Source: Camelus ferus
Lineage: Eukaryota
DNA: 64,000 nt
Reading direction: 5' to 3'
Assembly: GCF_009834535.1 (NCBI RefSeq)
Contig: NC_045696.1
Span: 31,560,001-31,624,000 of the forward strand
Shown here: in pieces, positions 10,151 to 23,470 of the stretch
How positions within the stretch are numbered: position 1 is the stretch's first letter
Layout of the letters: the number at the start of each line of letters is the position of its first letter
Notes under the pieces: model-generated
Told to the model about the DNA's origin: nothing
Database searches by the model: none
The model's input: only the letters and a program-made list of their open reading frames with translations
Program-made: the position numbers and the translations under genes

Positions 10151-13100
10151 GATTAGGCTAAGTAAAATAATTCAGACAGAGAAAGATAAAATAACATATG
10201 TCTCACTTACATAAGGACTCCATAAAAATAAAATGAGCCCCCAAAACAAAACAAAACAAAAACAAAAGCAAAAAGAAAAAGCAAGTTCATATATAGAACA
10301 GACTGGTGGTTGCCAGAGGCAGGGGGCTGGGGGTTGGCAGAGGGAGAAATGGGAGAAGAAAGTCAAAAGGTGCAAATTTCCAGTTATAAATAATTCGCAG
10401 GGATGTAAAGTATAGCATGGTGACTATAGTCAATAAAATAGTATTGCATATTTGAAAGTTGCTAAGAGAGTAAAACTTAAAAGCTCTTAACACAAGAAAA
10501 AAATCTGTAACCACGTATGTTGATGGATGTTAACTAGACTTATTGTAGTGATAATTTTGCAATATATATGAATCATTATATTGTACACCTGAAACAAATA
10601 TAATATTGTATGTCAATTATACATCAATTAAAAAAAAGGAAAAACATATATGAGGTATGCTCTTGAGGTAGCCTTATTATCAACTTAGAAATCTCTAAAA
10701 ATGTGATAATCTAGAAAATACTACTTTTTTATTTTTAATTTTTACATCGTTCTCTCTAGGTGCCATCTTGGTGTCTCAGAGAAACAATGAAAAATCCTTG
10801 ATTTAATAGATTCCTATTTCCTTTATCACTGATTTACTATCTCACCTTCAGAGTTTGTCATCAGTCACATAAAAGAAGATGCAATAAAAACATGAGCTTT
10901 TCAAATTTTCAAAAGTTTAGTGAATTCTTAAAAAAATTTCTAGCACAGAGTTGAAGTTAGAGGATGAAAGTTAGGTAAAGACATATTTGATGGAGAAGCT
11001 TCTCTTAAAGCAGACAGCACTCTTTTCCACTTCCCATTACAAAGATTTGCTATATATGTCAAACCCACTCACTTCACTCTGATTTATGCCACTTGGTAGA
11101 TCAAATAGTCAAATTGAGATATATCAGTCAAAATGACTTTTGACAAATTAATTCCAATTCAAAATGGTTTTATTATTAAGAAATGTAGAATTTTATGAAA
11201 AATAAAATTTTAACAAGATTTTATTTTTATAATCATACAGGAGTAATTTTTTAAAATGACAAAGTTCACATGGTCATTTTTGGTTAAAAGGAAAAACAAT
11301 ATAATTTTTTTGGGGGGGAAATATATATTCTTTCAAGTGTTTAAAGCTTCAAATATTTTTCATTTAAAGGATCTGAAGTATTCTTAGGATAGACTGTTAT
11401 TTTTAGAAACTTAGCCCTTACCTACCCTACTAGGCAAAATACAGTGGACTTTAAAGTAAAATAGCATTTATATTAAGAGACATTGCTAAATTCATCCAAG
11501 AAAGCATCTCTGTGATTAATTCTTCATTAAGATTTTAAAAATTAGAATCTACATGTGATGAGAAAAGTGTCTTGATCTAAGCAAACTCCTTGGTGTATTT
11601 CTTCAAAAAAATTATTCTATTTTATCAAATCTAAGATATTATTCAATAAAAATAGATTCTGATTTAACCTATATTAAAATGTTAAGAAGTGTACATTTTA
11701 GAAATGATTAAATGCAATAGAAAGGTTACTAATACAAGACTTCATCCTCAGGACAAATAAATAATATCAACAACAAAAGAACTTAACTTACTTTAATGGA
11801 ATCAAATACCCACCTCAAAAAAATTCTAGGAATTCAGTGGTAGCATGTATTCAGGTAATGTAAGTGTATTTTTCATCATGGAATGGAAACTCTTTCCTCA
11901 AAAATCAAAATTTTCCACGCAACTGTTTGTGTTTTCAAAGATCATGACAGTCTAAAACACAAAGTAAAACTATATCTCCTGAATATTTTAGACAATAAAA
12001 TGTTGAAAACAGAGTTTACTGATCACACCCTCCGCTTTCTCAGTTTTGAAGAAAATGTGATACTCTCATAACATTAAATATGCCTTACCCTTTTATTTAT
12101 AGAGATATTTATTATGTTTGGTTTAAATGCTCAACCTACTCCTAATTTTATAATTTCTCATATGTTAAGAATGGTATCATCTGACATGAAAGATGAATTG
12201 TTTAGCCTGTTAGTTTCTATTAATATGAATAAAGGAAGTTTATATTATTCTGGTTGTTGAAATCTAGCTTTGAAGAGGAATTCCCTATGATGTACTGATT
12301 TCTTGTGGTAAGAGCACTGGTTATAGGTCAGTCTTATTTAAATATTTAGGGTAATTACAGGGAAGTAATTTAACCAAAATGTTTCTTCATCTTTCATGAA
12401 ATATTAACTGTATCCCTTGGTGGTTTTTTCCCATTAAAGTTACAAAAAAAATATTAATATAGCCCAATCCTGCCAGATGCAGGACTCCTCTGATATACAG
12501 AATTCTCTACTCCAACTTAATTTCTTTCCTGTGACATTTATAACTCAGAGCTTTACACTAAGATATTTCCTATTTTGGATCAGAATAACATACCACTTCA
12601 AAATAAGTTTGATTATACCATCATAACGATCCACTTCTTTTATAATAAAAAATCAAATCTGTGAATTAATACTATGGAGAGAACATATATATTTTGTCCG
12701 TAATTTTCTGAAATCCCAAATTCATTTTTAAAAATCCAGTAATGTTTAAACTCATAAAAACAAAAGATATATGAGATATCAATGGAGGAAATATTACAAC
12801 ACACTTTTGAAGACTTAAAGATGATGCAAAAATGCTGATAGATAAAAAAGAACATATGCTTTCCAGAGCATTTGTGAATGGGATTTAAGGAAGGAGGAAT
12901 ACAATCTACCCTACATATCTTAAGAGAGAAACTGTTCTCAGAGTTGACAGGGCCAACTGTGGCTGGGAATATTAAATGAAACTTAAAGCTGAAGTATACT
13001 TGACAATTAACATACGTGACAGTCATTCACTATCCTTATCTCATCACTATTTTCAAAGCATTATGAAATTTCCTGTTAACAACAACAACAAAAAAAGTCC

Positions 13101-13199
13101 TCTGAAGACACTGAATAATAATCTCTTTGCAGAGAATTCAAAGAGATAGTGTAGCAACTGGATTCCATAATAAATCTTTTTCCCTTTAGCACAAATGCC

Positions 13200-13235
<36 letters not shown>

Positions 13236-13329
13236 CAGATACACATATGATCATCTTGAAAGTAGGACAGAAATAATAAGACTCTAAAGGGAACAGGATG
13301 CCTATTGCTTGCCTGATATTTGAAGAAAA

Positions 13330-13815
13330 TTGTAGCATGGAAGACAAGCCCAGGATATCTAAACTAGGGGGCAAAAATCAAAAAGCACAAGACAAGCATG
13401 TAAACAATAAAGAAGAAGAAAGAAGTAACCTGAGGAACAAAGAAAATGAGGAATTTGAAAAAAATCTCAGAGAGCATTGAGGAGATGCAATTTCAATAAA
13501 ACGAAGAGAATTTGACACAACATTGTAAAATGATTATAAATCAATAAAAAATTTAAAAATAAACAAAAATAAAAAAAGAAGAGAATGCTAATTTTAGAAA
13601 TGAATATAAAAAATGTAAAAACCAATAGAATTAGGGAAAGGTAAATTTGAGGAAGAAAACTGCTAAACAACAAAGATAGATATCAAAGATATACATAGTT
13701 CCAGAAAATAGTCAGCTCTCAGACTGCACAAGATAACCAGAAAGAAAAGACAGAGATAGAGATGATTGAGGTAGAGATGAAATAGAGAGAGGAAGAAGAA
13801 ATGTAAGGATACCGT
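13330..13815 (+). mobile_element. Old HAL1 / L1 ORF1-like fragment
   Basis: A-rich purine-biased stretch containing AATCTCAGAGAGCATTGAGGAGATGCAATTTCAATAAAACGAAGA, which resembles the HAL1 ORF. Highly diverged. Confidence 0.5.
13512..13577 (+). mobile_element. Ultra-short 5'-truncated camelid-type L1 3' end
   Basis: TTGACACAACATTGTAAAATGATTATAAATCAATAAAAA plus A-rich tail, flanked by TSD GAAGAGAAT (13503-13511 / 13578-13586). Confidence 0.8.
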
Positions 13816-13829
13816 GAGTACATTATAAT

Positions 13830-16695
13830 TTTTTAAAATTGTATACATCATCTTTATTGAGATGAAATTAACATGTCATGCAAATATCTCTTGCAAAAAA
13901 ATTAAAGGTATACTATTTAATGGTTTTTCGTATATTTTCAGATTTGTGTCACCACCTCTACAATCATTTTTTGAACATGTTCAATACCCATTAAGAGTTA
14001 CTTCAAATTTCCCCTCAATCCTCCAGCCTAAGGCAAGCACTGATCTACTTTTTATCTCGGCAGAATGGTATAATCTGTGGTCTTTTGAGACTGGCTTCCT
14101 TCCCTTAGAACATTTTCAAGGTTAATCCTTCATTCCTTTTTATTGCTGAGTAATATTCTATTGCATGTATATACATTTGTGTGTGTAGCTATATGTTTTC
14201 ATCTCTCTTGATTATATATCTAGAAGTACAATTCTTAGTTGCTCTATTGTTTAGTATTTTGAGAAAATTTTATTCTATTTTCCAAAATAACTGCATCATT
14301 TAACATTCCAACCAGCAATATATGGGTGTTGCCATTTCTCCACATTCTTAGCAAAACTTGATATTCAATGTCTTTTTGATTACAGTCATGTTAGTGGATG
14401 TGAAGTTGTAATTTTGATTTCCCTGATGGCTAATAATCTTGAGCATTTTTCTCATGTGCTTATTGGCCACTGTCATATCTTTTTTGGAAAAAAATGTCTT
14501 CAGGTACATTGCTATATTTTAAATTCAGTTAGTTTATCTTTCATTAGTAAGTTTTAAGAATTCTTTATATATTCTAGATATAAGCACCTTAACAGATACA
14601 TAATTTCCAAATATTTCATCTTATTCTGTAGGTTGTCTTTTTGCTTTCTTTATGGTAGTCTTTGAAACAAAATTATTGAATTTTGATGATGTCTAATTTA
14701 TCTATCCTTTCTTTTGTCACTTGTGCTTTTGGTGTGATATTTAAAGCTTTGCTTAACTCAAACTGATGAAGATTTACTCCCATATTTTCCTCTAAACATT
14801 GTATATGTTTAGCTTTACATTCGGATTATGATCCATTTTGAGGTAACTTTTTGTGTATGTTGTGAGGTGGAGGTCCAATTTTAGTTGTATACATATGAAT
14901 ATCTATTTGTCTCAGAACTATTCATTGAAAAGATTATTATATCCCAATTCCAATTGCATTATCCTGGCATGCTTGTCAAAAATCAATTGTCCATAAATGT
15001 ACAGGTTTATATCTAGAATCTCAATCTCATTCCCTTTAACTACATATTTCTATTCTTATACCAACACCATACTCTTTATTACTGTAACACTACAGTAAAT
15101 TTTGAAGTTGGGATATATGAGTCTTCTGAATTTGTTCTTATTTTTTACAAGATTATTTTGCTGATTTGGGTTCCAATGTTTCCATGAAAATTTGAGGATC
15201 AGCTTGCCAATTTATGCAAAGAATCAAGTTGGAATTTTAATAGGAATGAATTGAATTTGTAGATCAATTTGGGGAGTATTGTCATCTTCACAACATTAAT
15301 CTGGTCCATGAACGTGTGATCTTTTCCATTTAGAGAGTATGTCTTCTCTAAATTGTTTCAACAACCTTCTGTAGTTTTCAACATATAAGTTTTACACTTA
15401 TTTTATTATATTTATTACTAAGCATTTTATTCTTTTGATGCTATGTAAATACAATTGATTTTAATTTTATTTCTAGATTGTGCCTTATTAGTACAAAGAA
15501 ATACAATTAACTTTTCATATTGATTTTATATCTTACAAACTTGCTGAACTCATTTATTCTAAAAAAATTGTAATAAGCTGAGATTTTTCTATACCCAAGG
15601 TTATAATATTTGAATATAGAGAAAATTTTGTGTATTCCTTTCCCATTTATATGCTTTTATTTCTTTTCCTTAAGGAATTTCCCTGGCTAAATATTCCAGT
15701 ACAATGCTATGAGAAGTGGTAAGAGTGAACACCCTTTTTTGGTTCCTAATGTTAAGGAGAAAACATTCCTTCACCATTACATATGATGTTAACTGTAAGT
15801 TTTCCATAGCTTCCCTATATAAAGTTGAGGAAATTCCTTTTAATTTTTTATTTTGATAATTGTTTTTATAATAAAGGGATATTGAATTTTGTCAAGTACT
15901 AGTATTATACATTGAGTTGAAAAAAGTTCCTTCCTCTTCTAATTTTTTACAGAAAATTAAAAAATTTGTGTTTGGAGAATTGGTATTAGTTCTTCTCAAA
16001 TGTTTGGTAGAATTCACTAGTGAAGCCATATGGGCTGGGTTGTTCTTTTTTGGGGAGACTAAATTAATAATTCAGTCTCTTTATTTGTTATACACGGTCT
16101 ATTGAGATTTTTCTATTTCTTCTTGAATTAGCTTTAGTAATTTGTGACTTTAAAGTAATATTTCTATTTCATCTAAGTTATCTGTTTTTTTGTCATGTAG
16201 CATTCATATTATTCCCTCATAACCCATTTTTATTCTGTAATATGCATAGTAGTGTCCTTTCTTCCATCCATGGTTTTAATAATTTAGTCTTCTCCTCTAT
16301 TTTTCTCGGCAATAAAGCTAGATTTTTGTCAAATTGTTGATCTTTCTAAAATACCACAATTTGGTTTAGTTCATTTCTCTATTGTTTTTCAATTCTATAT
16401 TTTATTTAACTATTTTCTGATCTTTATTTGTCTCTTCCATTTGCTTAATTTTTAATTTCACCTCCTTTTCCAGTGACTTAAGGTGAAAGATTAAGACAAT
16501 ACTTTGCAACATTTCTTCCTTTTTAATATAAGTGTTTATAGATACCAATTTCCCTCTTACCACTGTTTTGGCAATATCCCACAAAGTTTTGCATACATTG
16601 TATTAATTTTCATTCATTCCAAAATATTTCTAGTTTTCCTTATGATTTCTTATGTTTTTATTTGGTTTAATTTCCACATATTTGTAAATATCTCA
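13830..16695 (-). mobile_element. LINE-1 (L1MB-like) 3' end and ORF2 fragment, 5'-truncated
   Basis: L1MB-type 3'UTR on the minus strand (CTTTATTGAGATGAAATT...GGCAAGCACTGATCTACTTT). ORF 16402..16584 MWDIAKTVVRGKLVSINTYIKKEE matches the ORF2 LWDAAKAVLRGKFIA block. Confidence 0.85.
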
Positions 16696-19084
16696 ATTTA
16701 GACATTTATATATGTTTCAATTTACATATATCAATATCTATCCAGCTACATGGCTATCTATCCACTATGTTATACTCTATAAATCTACCCTGAATATCCA
16801 CTGTACTAAAATATCTTTTAAAGAGCAAAAAGGCATTTGCCTTTCTTAAAGAGATCATGAGAAGAGGAATATGAACTTTCACTATAAATCTTCCAGTTAC
16901 AACAGTACTTGGAAGATGTAATGAGTCCCTACTGCTCACGAAGACTTCAAACCCAGCTTTCACTATGCTCACCTGCAAAGAAACTATTGAAAGAGACATT
17001 GTGGAACTTACACAGGTTTGTTTCACTAAAACAATTCTAACGGTTTTAGAACAAATACCTTAGGTGCCTTCTCTTCAAACAACCTGTTGTTTTGAGGGGT
17101 GAGTGAGATAATTGATAGAATGCATTTTGTAGGTACCAAAACAAAATAGGCATTTTATGCATACTAATAACTACTTGCATATTTCTAATAAAAGGATTAG
17201 ACATATATAACTTTAAGAATCACGAATGGTGCCAGATTATAACTTTCAGAAGTCTGGAGAGGTTGATCTAAAAGACATTTAAGGGACCTTAAAGTACTAA
17301 CAAAATGGTAGTTGATAGTTTCCACTAGCAGAGACATTCATTCGAACATTTGCTTAACTTTGCTGACTAGAAAGATCTAGCCTTGATAGGAAAATATGCC
17401 AGAGTATAAAAAAGAAAATCAAAGGAAAAATTTTAAGAATATGTCATTTCATAAAAATGCCAAGGCTGACTACTACGGTTGTTGTGACTGGAAGGATCCA
17501 GAAGGAAAGACAGATAAACTACAGCTGTATTAAACTTAATTGCTTACAGATTTCAGATGTTATGGACTATTAAGAAAAAAAAAGAGAGAGAGGAGGAGAA
17601 AGAGGCATGGGGAGAAGCCATTTTCAGGAATTAACACAGACGAGGAAGAAATTAAGAATGCACTGAGGGATTTTCAATAGGTTGCATCTAATGCAATTTT
17701 TTTCCTTTTAAAGATTAAGTTTGGCACTTGCCCATATTTAGTGAGCTCTAAATTATAAGAATCATCTTGAAGCTAAAACTATTTCTCCTGTCATCATCCA
17801 AAGGTGAGTTGTTTTGAAAGGACAGAGCACTCACCCACTTGCCATCATTTGAGATCTTGGCATGAGATGAGCAGAAGATGAAGCACTATTTTCACCTTCA
17901 TCCTGCTATGAGAGTTATCGGCAATGGCGTAAGTATTATCTAGCCTTGGGGAAATACTTCCTTTTTTACTGGAGAAATAAAAGTCTTGCTAAAGATTTCA
18001 TTTTAAAATTTTGAGTTACTATGGTAATTTTATATCTTCCTACAGTTCTCAACTTAATTTTAGTTTGAAATTGACATGAAGTAATTTAAAGAAGGATTTT
18101 AAAACTGATTACATGAAAAGGATTGTTTTGAATTTCACATCTTTTTAAAGTTCATGTAAAGTGTATTAGGGGCACCTGGATATTTTCATTGTTCAAATAA
18201 ATGATTTATTGTTATTTTCATACATATTCATCATTTCTTTCTTTCTTTTCTATTTTTGATATCTTTTTAATAGAGTTTATTAAAGGATACCAGAATCAAT
18301 TGAACACATACATAAAATTATTATTGAAACAAAGATATGCAGACAATATTACTTTTTCAAATTGTCTCTCTGTGTTACCCTCCCTTTAAGATAGAGAATC
18401 AGACTCTGTATTCAGTTTTCAGTTTATATGTGAGGTAGATATTCTCATGCAAATATATCCATTTGTTAACATTTCTGTTTGTAATCCTACTTCAGTGAAA
18501 TACTAGACAACTCACCAGTCAAATTTTAAATACTAAACACACACAAACATCCTCAAAAGTAGTACAATGAAGCAATGCTTAAGTTTGTGAGTCATGGCCA
18601 CAAATATTCCTGTGTAATTCAGCAAATTATTTTATGAAAGTATGCAAGTAAATGTATGTGGGTGTATCTGAGCAATTAAATATTTAAAAATTGTTTCATC
18701 AGAAGCAATATGGCGAAGAAGTCATAAATTTGGGTGGGACAGGAACCCAGGATTTTTAACTCATAATCTAACATTTCTTTTTCCTTCCACTAGTGGCTTT
18801 CAAAAGTATTTTAGGTATACTAACTATTTTTTTCTAAGAACCTAATAAATAAAAGTCTAATTGAGAAGAGAGCAACCTATCATTCTTCTTATTCTTTCCA
18901 CACATTCACAGCACTGGTTTTGTGGTATCTGGAGATCCCTTGGCTCTCTGGAAAACATTTAAGACATTTTACTGACAAGCTGACAATTCATGTATGATGG
19001 GTTTTCAACTTATGTTTATTATAAGTATATTAAAAACTAGTAATACCACAATTAATACACATACATAAGTGGATTTAGCAATCA

Positions 19085-19515
19085 GAAATTTTTTCAGTAG
19101 TGGGTAACAGAGAACCAGGTTAATGTTGAATTAAAAAGAGGATTATTACTCTCTATGTAATAAAAGAAATAAAGGTAGGTAGCTACTGATGTGAGATCAA
19201 TAGCTCAAGATTTTAGATAATCTTCTTAGCTGTCTCTTATGGTCACAAAATGGTCCTTGAGACTTCAAGTTTTATAACCATCATTCAAGACAGGAAGGAA
19301 CTTGCTTTATCAGGAAGAATTCTTTCCCAAAATCCCTCAGCAAACTTCCACTTATACCACATAACTCCTAACTGTATTATATGGCAACTATTTGAAAATA
19401 ATAATTGACAACATATATTCTTAGCTTTTCTAGTCCTAATAGTGGAAGTGAGAAAGAGATGCTAAAATTGAAATACAGGTGTTTCTTTTGATCACTATTC
19501 AATAGTGTTTAACAC
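19085..19515 (-). mobile_element. ERVL LTR (LTR33-like), diverged
   Basis: Blocks TCTTATGGTCACAAAATGG and TTTCCCAAAATCCCTCAGCAAACTTCCACTTATA resemble LTR33. Confidence 0.6.
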
Positions 19516-21000
19516 AGAAGTATTCAAAACTGAAGTAGAATTTATGTGATAATATAGATTTTTGCACTTGGAAGTAATGTTTTTCTTCTGGTGTTACAGT
19601 GGTGAGGATGTTATTCATAATTCCATCTCTATATTAATTTTAAATTAATGTGTTTTCTGAAAATGTACTTTAAAATGATAAAACTTTAATTTTATAGGCT
19701 ATTTCTTTTTGTTTCTTAGATTTCAGGAAATCTAGAATTTTATTCCTGAAAAATAAATATAACTCTCACTTTTGTATTCAGTCTATTTCTATAATCTATC
19801 TGCTTTTGGGAAATAGCCTTACACACTGTTTACAAATTCTCTATAGACAGATTTGTCATACCCTGAAGGTTCCAGCTCTCTACAAATCTATTTTTCTTTA
19901 CAGTTATTTTTCCCCTTAGGTTTTTATGCAGCTTTCAAATCTGATAAGTGATAATGTCTCATAGGATATGTATATCTGAGACATATAAAGAATCTGAACT
20001 ATTGTGTTGAGGTAAATGATTAATCCAACAGACAACTCCAGATGTCAGCCTAGTTTAGTATTTTAAAATTACATTATCTCTTCAGCACAGGATGATCTAT
20101 AATCCGTTCTCTTAGTCCTTATTTGTCTGATTAATATAGATTAAATGATGTAACTATGACATACACTTTCACATAGAACACACCAAACATATCTGAAATA
20201 TAGCAAACTCTAAATAATAGTTTGGATAATATCCAATCATATTAATTTAATTTTTGGCAGACTAAAAATAAGTAATATTCTGAGAATTTCTGAGGTCTAG
20301 AAAAGGTTTAAAAGAGACATAAAGCCATGTATACATCATCAGCCATGGGTGGCATGGGGGGCATACCAAAATAGCCAATCCCAGTATGGTATTAAATCAC
20401 TGGGAGCCACAGTGTTATTCTCGCTGCTCCAGTGATTGCACTGAATGGCTGGTTGACACTGACCTTTTGCTGAAAGCCAATTGTTATGACAGTGTGTATG
20501 TGTTGGGGGTGAGGATGAAAATGGCCTTCATAAAACTGAGTTCTTTTATGTTAATGACATATAGTAGTAGAACAGTGAGCACTAAACTAGATCAGGAGAA
20601 AAAGTCTTCTTGGAAAGATTTTTTAATTGGAAATTCAATTTTCTAGTTTGGATAATCAGAATTATTTCACACAAGGTAATAATTATCACTCAGATTATAT
20701 ACCTGTTTTTTGGCATAATTACATAGTGGTGAGAGCTGTGTTCATCTGAACAAATGCTTGCTTAGATTTAAAGTACCTAAATTACACAAATAGTTCAAAT
20801 AGAAATTAGTTATCAACTTTACAATTGATTCATCCCAGAATATGTGGCCTACCACATACTTTTTACGCTTTTTAAATCTATTACAGATAAATAAACATTT
20901 AACGAAAGTTTTGTGGCCTGCAACTTGGATTATAGTTGCTAAGAGAATTTGCCAAAAATCTGGAACTGAGAAAAAAAAGGCACCTTCCACCATCTCTCTC

Positions 21001-21238
21001 TTAATATTTGTGGAATACCTACTAGGGTATACACCAATTTCATGTATAGTATCAGTAAAATCCTCACAGCAACCCTACATATTTTGGAATCGCGATAATC
21101 ATTTAATGAAGGAGTAAATTAGGGGCCAGAGATTTTAAGGGACTTGCCAAATGGCACACAGTTTGTAAGGAGCAGAACTGGGATTGGAGCCTGTGTTCAT
21201 CAGCTGCCAGAACCTGCAACTATTTTCACTAGATGCCA
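21001..21238 (-). mobile_element. MIR SINE
   Basis: AATCCTCACAGCAACCCT and TTAAGGGACTTGCCAAATGGCACACAGTTTGTAAGGAGCAGAACTGGGATT match the MIR core. Confidence 0.75.
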
Positions 21239-22679
21239 GGGAAGTGAGAAGTAGAAGCCAAATAAACACTGACTTTTTGCAAAATAAAACAACTAGAGAA
21301 CCAAGTAAGGCAAAATGAGCATTGTATATGTCAACTCCCCTCCCCCAAACATACAGTGGAGATTTAGAACAGTAGAGGGGATTTCATTTGGTAAGGGTAC
21401 CGGAAGTTTCACACAAAACAAAAAGGTAAAATAGAGGAGACAAGAATATGTAGTTCATTTTCAAAAGCAGAGCCTTAATATAAAAGCATCTACTTAGTAC
21501 TGTGGGTATTTTTACTCCTCTCACCCTTTTAAGAACAGCTGGTTGATCTTGACATAATGGCTAATTGCTGATAATTCTTGCAAATAACTGTATGTGAGTT
21601 TGGGCATTAGGAGCAGACAGAGATATTTTCATAATTCTATGAAAAAAAGATGAAATAATACCTTGACAATCACTGTATATTTAAAAAAATCAAATAAATA
21701 AAATCTTTTACAAAAAGTAACAAAAATATAATTTAGTTTCAAAAATAAAACCAGTGTAAGATATATTTCTCTTTTTAATGCCTGTCTTGATTTTGGATGA
21801 AAGAATACCATTATGTGTAAAGCTCAGAAATTAACAATTTCATTAATATTATTTTTTCCACAAGGAAATAGGGATCTTGAGAAATTTTGCTATATGCTTA
21901 ATGTTTGTCAGCTTGTTAACAGGAGCTTTATAATTAAATGTTTTAAAATATTTCAACTTCAGCAAAAATTTTAAATTATGATTTTAGGGTTATTAATTCA
22001 ACATGAATAATAAGATGTGATAAATAACTTATCAAATGTCAAGGTGTCCAGAACAAGACATAGGAACCCTGGCTGAGACTCTAGAAAACATGGCTAAAAA
22101 TTAAGTTGTATACCCCTATTGTTTCCAAAACATACATCTTATGCATATTTGGTATGAAAACATCAAAAGCTTGACTTAGCAATCACTGCCTATATATAAG
22201 CTAGAATTTAAGATATACCCAGAAGCAGTAGAATTAAAACAAGGGTGCAGCAGATCTAAGAAGGTTTCAAGTTGTATCTTCATATTCCTTGGAGGGCTCT
22301 CTTGAGAGACCAAGGGATCAAGAACAAATTACACTGAATTTTTCCTTTGCTCCTGTCAAGAATTTCATGTGGAGAAAGCACTCTTAACTGAATGCCAAAG
22401 GCATTTAAGAAAGAAGTAAAAAATGCACTAAGAAATGTATAAGCCACTCTACCTATATTCTTGTGTGATAATGATAATAATACAATAAAACCATATATTA
22501 CATAGTTGTTTACAACTCCCTTTCTTATATTGTCTAGTCTGATTCTCCAAGCCACTCAATAAGTGAGCATAGACTACCATGTTTCAAAGTTCACCTTGTG
22601 AATATACATTTACAGACAACTGACATTTTTAAATGCTTAAGAAAAAATGTACACCTTTCCTTTGCACTGCTACTACTAA

Positions 22680-22918
22680 TTATAATAGTAATGAGTAGCT
22701 CATATTCATTGAGTTTTTAGTTTGTGAGAGGTACTGCTCTAAGTTCCTAACAGTTTCTTACAATACTTTTGCATACATAATTATGAACTTTTTCATGATA
22801 GGAAAATTGAGGCATAATAATATTTATAAATTACCCAGGGTTATAAAACCAATAAATGAGAAGTCAGATTTTGAACTCAGTCAGGAAGTTCAATTCCAGA
22901 GTTTCTACTCAATAACTA
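22680..22918 (-). mobile_element. MIR SINE; its left part is the donor of the insertion at 24813-24894
   Basis: ATTCATTGAG...GGTACTGCTCTAAG, GAAAATTGAGGCA and TTACCCAGGGTTATA...GATTTTGAACTCAG are MIR-like. Confidence 0.65.
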
Positions 22919-23470
22919 AAAAAATTAATTCGTCTCTCTCATCCCAAAGATGTTTTAGAAAAATACCTCAAAAAAATTAAAAGCAACAAAATGCTGCTCT
23001 TTTAGACCATTTTTGGCTTTAGATGACACTTTAATTCTTTTTTGTCAACCAAGTCAGCTGATGATGCTCACCAATACTGCAATCCATATAAAAATTTCAG
23101 ACAAAGTTCTCCTTAACAGCTGACTGCCTTGTTAGAATGGGAGGTGCTACATCTTATATATATCTCTCTAATATATAAGTGTGACAAATAATTGGTATTG
23201 TTATTTTTGATGTCAATACATTTATAAGAAGGAAACTTAAAGCCTTTGATCTGAGGGGTAGAGAATAATCAATTTGTTAACTTAAAAGGAAACTAAAAAT
23301 TAGGAAAAGATTTTTGAGCATTTGAATAGAGTTGTCTCAATGTATCAGAACCAAATAAATGCACTAGAATAGGTATACCATTTTAAAGATGAGGAATGTA
23401 AAATGACGATAACTCAATAAAAAATATGTAAAAAAACTAAAGATGAGGAATGATGTTTGTGATAGGGGAG

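Larger units (their letters stand above)
5025..10638 (+). mobile_element. LINE-1 (L1MA9-like): 5'UTR, ORF1, inter-ORF region, internally deleted ORF2, 3'UTR; non-functional
   Basis: 5'UTR start GGAAGATCCTGAACTCAGCTCCTCTCAC. ORF1 and ORF2 remnants are described separately. L1MA9-type 3' end TTGTACACCTGAAACAAATATAATATTGTATGTCAATTATAC followed by an A-rich tail. Confidence 0.9.

Noticed and set aside
12640..13026. Longest ORF in the track (128 aa, minus strand)
   Set aside because: F/I/S-rich composition typical of chance ORFs in AT-rich DNA, with no recognisable domain or convincing splice context.
20340..20560. Higher-complexity non-repeat stretch as possible enhancer or exon (ORF 20386..20646)
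   Set aside because: No recognisable protein similarity, splice pair or clear motif cluster. It cannot be supported without conservation data.
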